Virus record (IMG/VR): IMGVR_UViG_3300025137_000002
Span: 1-54,235 of that record
Source of the DNA: a virus
Lineage: Duplodnaviria; Caudoviricetes
Direction: 5' to 3' (one strand)
DNA: 54,235 bases
How positions within the stretch are numbered: position 1 is the stretch's first letter; each line of letters begins with the position of its first letter. This document shows positions 46,501 to 54,235 of this stretch, in pieces. Both the position numbers and the translations under genes were made by a program. The notes under the pieces are model-generated. The model saw only the letters and a list, made by a program, of their open reading frames with translations. It searched no databases and was not told where the DNA came from.

Positions 46501-47055
46501 TATAGTGCTGTCTGCAGTTGTCTGTGAGCCATCTTTAAAGATAAGTCGCATTAAGCGACCACTTCCAAAGTTATTGTCGTTATCTGTGTTAGTGAACTTA
46601 CTGTTAGTTACAACTTGAAAGCCACCACTTGATGTGAATGTTAATTCTTCATCATTGATATAAACAGTTTCTAATGATTCTAATTCATGTCCTGCCAAAC
46701 AAACAATAAACTGTAATTTATTATTATCTGTACCTCTAGTTTCAATGTGTGTGATAGTGCCACCGACTCTACACCTACCATAAACTATAGGTCTAGGAGC
46801 AGTAGGTACTCTAGTTGCGACTTTAGAACCAAAATTTTCAGATACGGCATCTATATCTTTTGACATCAACCCACCGATTAATGTACTTACAGCAGACATC
46901 GCCGCAATCGCCATAATCTCAACACCGAAAAGTGTTGCTGCCATAAATCCACCGGAGAAAGCTGCCATTCCCCCTCCAAAAATGAAAGCTGCCCCAGTGA
47001 CAACTGCGAGAGTTACAACAAAGACTGTGACTGCTGCTTTTATCGCTTTAGCCAT
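43531..47055 (-). CDS. Central tail tip / host-specificity protein (lambda J-like) with FN3-like domains and internal repeats
   Basis: RPIVYGRCRVGG, VKGKKVYDPR, WSNNPAL.IRDYL, AQRI.K..L...RQ. Confidence 0.85.
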   Translation of the reverse strand: MAKAIKAAVTVFVVTLAVVTGAAFIFGGGMAAFSGGFMAATLFGVEIMAIAAMSAVSTLIGGLMSKDIDAVSENFGSKVATRVPTAPRPIVYGRCRVGGTITHIETRGTDNNKLQFIVCLAGHELESLETVYINDEELTFTSSGGFQVVTNSKFTNTDNDNNFGSGRLMRLIFKDGSQTTADSTIVSNSSLTSTDKFINVAYCYVEMIFDSEAFGGGIPSIAFEVKGKKVYDPRESGHSATDPSTWTWSNNPALHIRDYLQDTVYGLKATQSEINDTTALGGFSSAANTCDTGSTITTVTTATSSSSSVNVLLTGNVNNQLIGQGMIVTGTGISGTVKVVKKVRRTITLDTAVSINASVTLTLSEPTYTSNGFTDYSAVGEGVIGGILSSCAGKLSYINGQFIMFAGASVTPEMTIVDDNLLAPLQIVTKSQSSEHYNTVKSVFVDATQRYIATDTPVYTHTAFLNADTPTGESTANYRKSLELQLPFTSTNAMAQRISKLNLLHHRQELTVSALCNIGFMQLQPFDHVYLTNERMGFTQKRFEVLAQKLESLEGDDGVPVLATRLDLKEIDPAVFSFLQSDYEDIQEEGEEVPTGDFSVTQPSSLSLAQRTEIDGATVKADIEVTWVNNTDDTVMGTEVAYKLSTDSNYEGHFTVGKGETKALITNVVVGKTYNVKVRHFSSNNVFSDYTTAVNQAITDATAISAPSSFTANGNRVGIILEWTNPSNTNLRAVKIYRKTSNSTPTNDTNLVHTMMGEPNAKSIMFQGAMDGLTAGTTYFFWLRAITHSGTHSSFTASVSASFSVFDKLDIGLGNVTNDTQIKDDGSNAPNLLKNDQISISKSGGAVRLTNTGTNTDVSLDKADIGLTNVTNDAQVKNDLSNFSFLSDDFEVDSGNFKAKNALKNAQISIGADGSLSGAGGGQATAVGLGAIKTDASNAPNSLKNNQVTLSKDGSGNLSLDNAGSGNVSFDNSDVGLGNVTNDAQIKTDGSNAPNVLKNNQISISSAGVLSNAGGGTVSATGLGAVKTDLTNAPASIKNENTTATDVGLSNVTNDAQVKSDGSNAPNILKNDQITLSLSGTTLGLNNAGSGNQTLGKANVGLSDLASLDSTRSGKLDGVATGSTNNGSTIDTNGNITGNMSVGATMTLGSNSDDKIVVGNITIDGGNGRILITD

Positions 47056-47464
47056 TAGCTATTCTCCATACTGAAAGTACATGAGCATTTTGTTTGAAAG
47101 TTAAACCACCATCAGTAGGTCCTATTATTTTCATGCCATCAGTCATGCCTACAAGTTCAGTAATTTCTTTATATACCACTAAATCACCTTTCATCATTTT
47201 AGCAGGTGCGACTTCTTCTAATTTACCTTTACATGCTTTCTTAATAGATTCATTCAATGTCCCACCATATTTTTTAATAGACTTCAAAGCTGAATCCTCA
47301 TCAGTCCAATGTAATGCTTTGGGTATAAGGCTTTCTCCTGTCATAGCTTGAATACAGGCATCAGCGAACTTACAGCAGTCCCATGAACCCCAAGCGAACT
47401 CTTTGCAATATGCTTTGTCTAAAAACATATCAAATTTATATTGCCAGTTATCTAGTTTCATCAT
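47048..47464 (-). CDS. NlpC/P60-like tail assembly protein
   Basis: F.WG.WDCC.FA..CI.AMTG, GDLVV. Confidence 0.75.
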   Translation of the reverse strand: MMKLDNWQYKFDMFLDKAYCKEFAWGSWDCCKFADACIQAMTGESLIPKALHWTDEDSALKSIKKYGGTLNESIKKACKGKLEEVAPAKMMKGDLVVYKEITELVGMTDGMKIIGPTDGGLTFKQNAHVLSVWRIANG

Positions 47465-48096
47465 CTTCGCATAATCGGATTTCTAGTTACGCCTCCGGTA
47501 CTACCACCTCCACCACCACCACTACTTGTTGATGAGCGTCCCCATACTATTTCTTTGTCTTGTAAAGATTGAACACGATTAAAGCAAGTATCAGTTGAAT
47601 CTATAAATGTCTGTGATTCCTTTGTGAATCTAAGGTTTGAGGGTCTATCTAAATCAACGAGGCGATTTTCAGCTTGTACTTGTATCGTCGCTCCATTTGG
47701 GTCATCGGCAATAATCATTGATGTCATACGACCTTTGAATAAAGTCATAGTTCCTTGAACATGGTCAGTACCACCAGAAAGGTAGCCTATAAAAACTGTT
47801 ATTAATCTATTTTGATAATCTTCTGATAGTGCTAGATTTAAAACTGTAGTATCCATACCGGCTAATGTAATGCTGATACCAGTTGATTTTAATTCTAAGG
47901 TATCTTCAATATTACTCATTTGAAGTAAACTGCCTACCCCAGTATATGTATCACTATCAAATGTTAAATCTGTATCACCCGACCATAGATGTAATGTTTC
48001 AGTATCAAATTGAGCCTTGACTGCTAAGAATATTATTTGGTGGTCATTTTCAAGTAACTCAACTATCTGACTATCAATACCTGCACGATTTGACAT
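47461..48096 (-). CDS. Minor tail protein (tail hub / gpL-like)
   Basis: LWSG......Y.GVG.L, ENRL.DL.R, Q......D..F..V.SLQDKEI.WGR. Confidence 0.75.
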   Translation of the reverse strand: MSNRAGIDSQIVELLENDHQIIFLAVKAQFDTETLHLWSGDTDLTFDSDTYTGVGSLLQMSNIEDTLELKSTGISITLAGMDTTVLNLALSEDYQNRLITVFIGYLSGGTDHVQGTMTLFKGRMTSMIIADDPNGATIQVQAENRLVDLDRPSNLRFTKESQTFIDSTDTCFNRVQSLQDKEIVWGRSSTSSGGGGGGSTGGVTRNPIMRR

Positions 48097-49004
48097 TAGA
48101 CTACCTCAATACAGTTGAAACTTATCCCATAGTTAGAGATTGCGTCTGCATCCCAATCAACAACATTGTCTTTTAATCTAAACCTACCTTTGGCAGGAGT
48201 TATGTAAACTCTATCATTCGCACTTATATCGGCTCTCAATTTTGGCTCAGTCCTGACGCTGTATTTGTTTAAAGCTGAACCACCATTAGCAGTTTCATCA
48301 GCATCATCGGTTGAAATAATATATTGTATTGGCTCATAACCGGAAGCATTATCAGTAGCCGAAGCACTAATACCGATATAATCGCCTGTTATAATTGTCC
48401 CTGCATGTGAGTTAGCAGTTGCTTTAAGGTTTATACCCTTGGCTCCTTTGATGTTGTCCCGTATCTTACAACCTGCTTTATTTGATTCATCTTCAAGTGC
48501 ATTATAGTCAATAGGAGCTACTGTAACAGTATATGCGTTGCTTTTAGAAACAACCCTATGAGTTCCATTGTTTTCAGGTTTAGCAGAGCCAGTAACAACG
48601 ATATGGTCGCCGACTAAAACAGTATTGAAATATGTAGTATTACTAGCACCGGCTATCGTGTTAGTTGATTTAGTAAAAGATAAAGTAGCACTTGCTACAT
48701 TTACCCTAGTCTCGGCTTTTAATGATGTGCCATTGTATGTACCCAGTTTTACAAGTGCGTCCGGGTCAGCGAATCTAAAATGATTTACAGGTCCATTGAG
48801 GTTCATTAAGAAACTTTGCCATTGTACAGCTACATTTCTACGCATAGGTGGAAGTGTAACTGATGCTTCCCAAAACACGCCATCAAATTCTTGTGTTCTA
48901 ACTTTCCCTGTATATGGTGAAGCAACACTACCCACGAATCTACGCAAAGAAAAATTACTTTTCATAAAGTTAGGACTGCTCGGCATTGTGATTAATTTAG
49001 CCAC
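48096..49004 (-). CDS. Distal tail protein-like
   Basis: SPYTG...Q.F.G..WEA.VTLPPM; follows the tape measure gene. Confidence 0.7.
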   Translation of the reverse strand: MAKLITMPSSPNFMKSNFSLRRFVGSVASPYTGKVRTQEFDGVFWEASVTLPPMRRNVAVQWQSFLMNLNGPVNHFRFADPDALVKLGTYNGTSLKAETRVNVASATLSFTKSTNTIAGASNTTYFNTVLVGDHIVVTGSAKPENNGTHRVVSKSNAYTVTVAPIDYNALEDESNKAGCKIRDNIKGAKGINLKATANSHAGTIITGDYIGISASATDNASGYEPIQYIISTDDADETANGGSALNKYSVRTEPKLRADISANDRVYITPAKGRFRLKDNVVDWDADAISNYGISFNCIEVV

Positions 49005-51747
49005 CTAATAAACTCCTTCTATAGCTACCACCTCTACCAGATGATTCAGCTACAGCACCCTTAGTTACTTCAGCAATTTGAGGCATCATTCTTACTACTT
49101 CTGCCCTTACAGTAGGAACAACACCGGTTGCGAAGTTTACATTTTGATAAATATTAATTGCTTGACCACCCATCATACCTTTTGAGTCAGAGTTGCTTTT
49201 GATAACGCCTGTGGCATCGGGTATAAATAATTCCGGTCCTCTTTCACCAACCATTCTTGGTCCTGATATCCTTCCACCTGAAGCTGTCTGTCTAGTGACT
49301 TGGAAAGCATCAGGTCCAAATAAATCCATTTGTGGAGCACCCAATCCTGGGAATATTGTATTCAGTATTTTATTAACAATGGCGAGTTGTAAGAATATAG
49401 CAATTATTTGTTTAACGATATTCGCGGCAAAACTTTCAAAAGCATCTAATGCATCTTCACCTTCAGCTAAAGCATCAACAAAATCATTCGTGAAAGCTAA
49501 ACTCAATGACTGTATAGCTGTACCTAATTCTTCACCTAGCGTAGTTGAAGCATTGTCTGATGTATTAATTAACTCATCTAATATTTCTTTTGCCTTATCT
49601 GCTGATATTCCAAAGTGTTCCAACATTTCACTTATTTCTAAAAGTTTCGCATCTAGCTCAACTGCAGTCATGTCTTTGAGGCTTTGTAGTAAAGCATCAG
49701 AACCATTAATAGCTTCGTCAAAAGCATCAAACATTAATTTGTCTATGCCTTTGAGGTTAGCGAATGGGTCTACCTCCATGCTTTCTTTACCTAAACTTAT
49801 ATATTCAGTAAGTGCTGTTCTTATAGCGTCATCAGTCATTCCGATAAAGTGGTCTATGCCTTTTGCTGTTGCAATAAACCCTGCGAAAAGACCATCATCT
49901 CCTAAAACTTTTTCTAGTTCTTCTAGTGTAGTTCCTAGTAAGTTTTCTCTACCGAGTTTATCAACAGCACCGAATACATTTTCAATACTAGGTATGTCTA
50001 ATAATCCTGCCATGTTCTTCTCAAAGAAGTCTTGGTCAACACCAAATAATTCGCTGTAGAAATCTTCAACATGTGCCTCTGATTGCCCTCTAGCTTGTTC
50101 TAATATATGTTTAAAATAACCTGCTACGCTTTTTGATTCTTCAGCAGTATCAGGGTCATCAAAGAACTTTTGTAAGTTCTTAGAAATGATTTCACCGGCT
50201 TCTTCATTACTAAAACCACTCTTCCGTAATGCTCTAAGCATGTTCGTGTTTATGGCTCTAGCTAGTAAAGTGGTTTGCCCACTTACAGTATCAACAAAGT
50301 CACCCATGTCAAAACCGAAAGCTTCTAAACCTTGATCAGCACCGAACAACCCATCTTTCATCATCTTAGCTAATTCAACACCTATAGTTTGCTTAGGACT
50401 AGCTTTACCAAAGTCTTGTCCGAAGAACATATCTCTTTCATCGCCACGCATTTTATCCATGAGTTGAGATGAAGTCAGATTCATTTCTTGAAGTTGGTCA
50501 AAGATTGAGAATTTACCCTTAGGTATTGATTTGATTGCTTCAGATAGATTTTTTACTGACTTTGAAACTTTATCAATGACTTTTTCATTCTTCAACATAC
50601 CTGCCTGAAGTTCAGCATCAAGTTCTTCCATTGTTTGGGTGGCATCAGTTCCTTCTGTGTCAGTATCATCAAGCATCTTATTCATTACAGCTAAAGATGC
50701 ACCTGCTAATGTTAAACCTGCGGCAACTTTTGCTATACCGATACCTGTAGCACCCTGAAGCAATATAGAAACAGTCGCTGTGCCTTTAAGAACTTTGTTT
50801 AACCTAGTGAACAGATTTATTATGGTGGGCATCATAGTGGTTATAGCACCGGCTACAGATGAGCCAATCATAAATGCGAATGCGGCTGTCACTAATTCAA
50901 TGTTCTCTAATAAGAATCTAAGTGTGTTAGCAAGGACTTTGACTGCCGTCCCTAATACCTTCCCTAAATTATGAGCCAAATCCCTATTGTTCATTAATAG
51001 GTCTTTCATTTCCAAAGATAAATCAGCTAATACATCTTTCAATCCACCTTCACCGATAGCTACCATAAATTCAGATGAGGCATCTTTCATATTAGATATA
51101 GCACCGGATAAAGTCTTGGCTCTTTGCTCTAACGCATCGCTGAAACTTTCTCTACCTACTTCTCTAAGGAATCCTGTAATGGCTTCACCATTACGCTCAA
51201 TCATTTTAGTAGTGCCATCAAATGTGACTTTTAATTTGTCGCCCTCAACTCTAGCTATAACACCAAACTGTTTAAGCATCTCCATCTCACCAGTGGTGGC
51301 ATTGAATGCTGCTTGGGCGAGTTGTTCAATACTTCTACCCATACCTGCGGCGAGATTACCAAAGTCTTGTAATACATCGCTTGTGGGTACAATACCGGCT
51401 TGTTTTAACTTTATGAAGGCACTAGCAACTTCTTGTATCTGGAAAGTTGTGGTTGCTGTAAATGCTCTTATTAGTTTGAATGATGTTGCGGCACTTTCTG
51501 CTGAACCTGTAACTGCTCTTAATGTAGCTTCTAAATCTTCAAACTCTCTAGTCGTTTGAATTGTTTTGCTTATTAATTGGCTTAGACCGATAGTGGCTAT
51601 AACACCACCTATCATTTTGAGACTGTTCTTTAATTTTTGTGATTCTTGACCTGTTTCTTTCAGACCTTTTTTTGATTTGGCAAGTGCTTTATTAAGCTGT
51701 CTAGTGTCAGCTTTAATTTCAATCAGTAGTTTTTCTATAGGTGTCAT
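48997..51747 (-). CDS. Tail tape measure protein
   Basis: 916 aa helical; TLSGAISNMKD; C-terminal ASGG...MVGERGPELFIP. Confidence 0.92.
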   Translation of the reverse strand: MTPIEKLLIEIKADTRQLNKALAKSKKGLKETGQESQKLKNSLKMIGGVIATIGLSQLISKTIQTTREFEDLEATLRAVTGSAESAATSFKLIRAFTATTTFQIQEVASAFIKLKQAGIVPTSDVLQDFGNLAAGMGRSIEQLAQAAFNATTGEMEMLKQFGVIARVEGDKLKVTFDGTTKMIERNGEAITGFLREVGRESFSDALEQRAKTLSGAISNMKDASSEFMVAIGEGGLKDVLADLSLEMKDLLMNNRDLAHNLGKVLGTAVKVLANTLRFLLENIELVTAAFAFMIGSSVAGAITTMMPTIINLFTRLNKVLKGTATVSILLQGATGIGIAKVAAGLTLAGASLAVMNKMLDDTDTEGTDATQTMEELDAELQAGMLKNEKVIDKVSKSVKNLSEAIKSIPKGKFSIFDQLQEMNLTSSQLMDKMRGDERDMFFGQDFGKASPKQTIGVELAKMMKDGLFGADQGLEAFGFDMGDFVDTVSGQTTLLARAINTNMLRALRKSGFSNEEAGEIISKNLQKFFDDPDTAEESKSVAGYFKHILEQARGQSEAHVEDFYSELFGVDQDFFEKNMAGLLDIPSIENVFGAVDKLGRENLLGTTLEELEKVLGDDGLFAGFIATAKGIDHFIGMTDDAIRTALTEYISLGKESMEVDPFANLKGIDKLMFDAFDEAINGSDALLQSLKDMTAVELDAKLLEISEMLEHFGISADKAKEILDELINTSDNASTTLGEELGTAIQSLSLAFTNDFVDALAEGEDALDAFESFAANIVKQIIAIFLQLAIVNKILNTIFPGLGAPQMDLFGPDAFQVTRQTASGGRISGPRMVGERGPELFIPDATGVIKSNSDSKGMMGGQAINIYQNVNFATGVVPTVRAEVVRMMPQIAEVTKGAVAESSGRGGSYRRSLLGG

Positions 51748-51980
51748 TAGTCTGGGTATAACTCCATTAGCTCACTCATTCTGCCTGAAGTCATGGGTTC
51801 TTCTTTTTTCTTTTCAGAACCACCATGAAACTCTCCGAAGCCTGAAATAGCGTTGATTATTTCGCTATGCGACGAGTTCCAAAAATCTTGAGGAGATTGA
51901 CCTATCATACCAACCCAAATTTGAAAGTATCTTCGGATAGGTAGGAACTCACTACTTAATCCCCCTGTTCTTGCTTTCCC
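51747..51980 (-). CDS. Tail assembly chaperone, -1 frameshift extension (gpT-like; not in track)
   Basis: The -1 frame is open from the slippery site through MIGQSPQDFW...ELMELYPD to TAA 51747-51749, which overlaps the tape measure ATG. Confidence 0.75.
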   Translation of the reverse strand, partial: GKARTGGLSSEFLPIRRYFQIWVGMIGQSPQDFWNSSHSEIINAISGFGEFHGGSEKKKEEPMTSGRMSELMELYPD

Positions 51981-52315
51981 TCTTTTACTTCCTTTTCATC
52001 TGAATTGTCGGTTAGAGACATAGCAAGTAATTCTGCTACTGCTTTCATAGATTTCACCAAACCTGTCTTTTCAACAAGGTCTACTACATCTTTGGCTTGG
52101 AAGTCATTGCCTCCACCCCTAAGAGCCGGTGTCAAGACTGATATAACTTGTGATAATCTTACATCACCATCAGCCATTTTTTGAGCCAATTTAATAATGC
52201 CCATATCAACTGCATCTTCAATCTTCATAATTGAATCTACAGTCAGTCTACCCTTATATTGCTTGTTAGCTAGTTCTACTAGAACTTCACCCTTCAGCTT
52301 GTTTACTTCCGTCAT
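51956..52315 (-). CDS. Tail assembly chaperone (gpG-like)
   Basis: N.LKGEV, RLT......IED, ALRGGG; lies between the tail tube and tape measure genes. Confidence 0.8.
   Translation of the reverse strand: MTEVNKLKGEVLVELANKQYKGRLTVDSIMKIEDAVDMGIIKLAQKMADGDVRLSQVISVLTPALRGGGNDFQAKDVVDLVEKTGLVKSMKAVAELLAMSLTDNSDEKEVKEGKQEQGD
51974..51980 (-). other. Programmed -1 frameshift slippery heptamer G-GGA-AAG
   Basis: Same heptamer and phase as the lambda G-T frameshift. Confidence 0.75.
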
Positions 52316-52529
52316 CTGATTTCTCCTTTTTGGAACTTGCACCTGCAAGAATTATTTTATTAATTTCGCCTCTTAGTATTAGAGAATGTGATTCAACAGG
52401 CATTTTCTTGCCGTCTATATTAACACTATCCCCAATATTTATATCGCTACTGATATGTAGCTCCATATCATTTAGGTTTGCGTCATGCACAACTCCTTCA
52501 ACTTTGACTTTCACTTGTTTCCAAGCCAT
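52287..52529 (-). CDS. Hypothetical protein
   Basis: AGGAG RBS; 80 aa. Confidence 0.6.
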   Translation of the reverse strand: MAWKQVKVKVEGVVHDANLNDMELHISSDINIGDSVNIDGKKMPVESHSLILRGEINKIILAGASSKKEKSDDGSKQAEG

Positions 52530-52545
52530 AGCTACTCCTAATTAT

Positions 52546-52989
52546 TTACACTGCTGAATATGTTATATATCCGGCACTCTCAAAAGACAATGAGTAAGTC
52601 ACTTCGCCATTATGTTCACCTGCATACTCAAGACTTGTTATCTGAAAGGCACCTGTGAGGGTTCCAAAATCAGGAATCAAGAATTGGTAGTTGGTGAATG
52701 AGGCTACTTGTGCTGATGAACCATCAGATGTATTTTGCTGTGCAAAGAAATCTGCTCTTACATTTTCTTCAGTTGAGGCATCTGTAAAGACACCCGATGC
52801 TGAAATAGAAACAGAGTTCATTCCTCCACCTGCTAATAAAGTCCTATGTCCTAGGCTGTCTTTATTAGTAACATCTACACTCTCGTCATTTAAAGTTATT
52901 GAAGTTGAACGAAGTCCACCCACTGTAGCGTAAGTGCTACCGGAAGTATTCACCTTCAACAACATGTCTAACCCTTTCTGTGCTGCCAT
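52546..52989 (-). CDS. Major tail tube protein
   Basis: MAAQKG.D.LLK, VGGLRS....N.E.VDVT, G.FQITSLEYAG.HNGE.TY.LS.ESAG. Confidence 0.92.
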   Translation of the reverse strand: MAAQKGLDMLLKVNTSGSTYATVGGLRSTSITLNDESVDVTNKDSLGHRTLLAGGGMNSVSISASGVFTDASTEENVRADFFAQQNTSDGSSAQVASFTNYQFLIPDFGTLTGAFQITSLEYAGEHNGEVTYSLSFESAGYITYSAV

Positions 52990-53006
52990 TATATTCTCCT
53001 ATAAAA

Positions 53007-53408
53007 TTAGCTACCTAATATTATTGCTCGGAATCGCATGACTCCATGTCTAGTGACACCATCTGGGTCCCTCAGTATGTCAGAATATTCTAATCTCATG
53101 TTTATGAGGTTAAACCCACTGACACTGATATTACTATCATGCAATAAATCGTGTATCTTGTCCATTATTTGCTTACATTCTTTTGAACCTTTATATTGTG
53201 ACCAAACATCAAGATTTAATTGATAATCGGCACCATCAAGGTCTTTAGTAGAATAATCATCTGCTCTATCATCTCCGATAGCTACAAATGGATAAGATTG
53301 ATTTGCTGTTGGTTCATCAACGATTGCACAGCTAAGTGTGTCAGTCAATGCTGTTACATTTAGTGCTGTATATAATGCTGATTGTAAATTGAATTGACCT
53401 ACGCTCAT
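53007..53408 (-). CDS. Tail terminator protein (DUF3168-like)
   Basis: LQ.ALY..L, YPFV.IG, DVWS...G, DPDG.TRHGV.RFRA. Confidence 0.88.
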   Translation of the reverse strand: MSVGQFNLQSALYTALNVTALTDTLSCAIVDEPTANQSYPFVAIGDDRADDYSTKDLDGADYQLNLDVWSQYKGSKECKQIMDKIHDLLHDSNISVSGFNLINMRLEYSDILRDPDGVTRHGVMRFRAIILGS

Positions 53409-53833
53409 TTGGTTAATCCTGCTTTCTTGAATTTAGCTATTATCTTCGCGTGGTTGTTTTTTAATGCAGGTTGTAAGAATGGTCTTTTTTCCATTTGTGT
53501 AGTTCCAAATTCTAAATGTGCTGAATATGGAGCACCACTTATAATCTGACCTACTAATTTACCACCAAAATCTTTTTTTACATTAGTTGTTATGTTCCTG
53601 ATTAATTCACCAGTATCAGTAGCAGGTGGGTCGCCCGGAGCGGAAGCAATATGCGGTGGTTGGCTTTTTCTACTGTATGCTCTACCTCTACCACCTTTCG
53701 CAATACTTTGAATTGCTGTATTAGCCACCATACGAGTTGCTGATTCCATCACTCTAATAGCGTTCTTTTCAGGCTTCTTCACTAAATGTAGTTCTAAATC
53801 TTTAAGGAACTTGGCCTCATTCTTAAACGACAT
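53405..53833 (-). CDS. HK97 gp10-like tail component
   Basis: ASAPGDPPATDTG.L, YS.HLEFGT..M..RPFL.PAL. Confidence 0.88.
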   Translation of the reverse strand: MSFKNEAKFLKDLELHLVKKPEKNAIRVMESATRMVANTAIQSIAKGGRGRAYSRKSQPPHIASAPGDPPATDTGELIRNITTNVKKDFGGKLVGQIISGAPYSAHLEFGTTQMEKRPFLQPALKNNHAKIIAKFKKAGLTK

Positions 53834-54162
53834 TAATGAGACTCCCCTTCAACGCATTTTAATTCAAGAAACCTATCTCTCTCGTCTACATTAATAATTG
53901 ACCTGATATTAAATACTCGGTTCTCAAAAAGGATACGCTGAGTGGCTTTAACGCCTGTTCTATACCTAATAAATATCTTATGCGTGAGTTTCTCTTGAAC
54001 TTTGCCTTGGCGATAAGTTTCATCACCCGATTGAGGTCTGATGTCAGCGAATATACTTGCTGTAGTTTCAAATACACATGATAAACCACCACCTGCATCT
54101 CTCGTATCAGTAGATGTTTGTAAATCTACTTTTGAACGGAGCCTTCCTATTGATGTAGCCAT
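53833..54162 (-). CDS. Head closure / head-tail adaptor (SPP1 gp16-like)
   Basis: IGRLR, D.GGG, THKI.IRYR, R.FNI.S..N.DER. Confidence 0.88.
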   Translation of the reverse strand: MATSIGRLRSKVDLQTSTDTRDAGGGLSCVFETTASIFADIRPQSGDETYRQGKVQEKLTHKIFIRYRTGVKATQRILFENRVFNIRSIINVDERDRFLELKCVEGESH

Positions 54163-54235
54163 TAGCCAATAGCCATTAAACTACTGCTACCCAAACCTTT
54201 ATAAATAACATATGGGGCATAAAGAGTTTTAAGCA
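54137..54235. repeat. Terminal direct repeat, copy 2
   Basis: Identical to 1-99. Confidence 0.95.

Noticed and set aside
49193-51559. Long antisense ORFs in the tape measure gene (288 aa, 190 aa), and similar ones in portal and FecR
   Set aside because: Antisense shadows of genuine genes, with no motifs or RBS.
47048-54162. Gene transfer agent cluster
   Set aside because: Tail genes are GTA-like in family, but the element has its own replication and lysis genes and a circular 54-kb genome.

Overview
This window is most likely a complete, circularly permuted, AT-rich tailed bacteriophage genome. It looks like an HK97-fold siphovirus, probably of a marine/aquatic proteobacterium. Unique length is 54,136 bp, because the first 99 nt repeat at the end. 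Minus-strand late arm: terminase, portal, protease, capsid, a 1,692-aa collagen-like fibre, head-tail and tail genes, and a lysis region. Plus-strand early arm: replication initiator, primase-helicase, recombination, SSB and many small ORFs. I recognised no DNA polymerase, integrase, tRNA or CRISPR array. Four accessory systems stand out. (1) An apparent animal-type collagen modification pathway: one protein fuses COLGALT-like GT25, PLOD/LH3-like glycosyltransferase and lysyl-hydroxylase domains. It is encoded next to a giant Gly-X-Lys/Gly-X-Thr collagen fibre, a second 2OG-Fe(II) oxygenase and an FkbM methyltransferase. (2) A TET/JBP plus TET-associated glycosyltransferase DNA-hypermodification operon with its own kinase/phosphatase/nucleotidyltransferase and no recognisable cytosine methyltransferase. 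(3) A CsgF-CsgG-curlin-like-FecR-CHASE2 adenylate cyclase cassette inside the lysis region. (4) A structured ~250-nt non-coding RNA candidate behind a phage promoter/operator motif that occurs four times exactly. All family assignments come from motif recognition by eye, not database searches.
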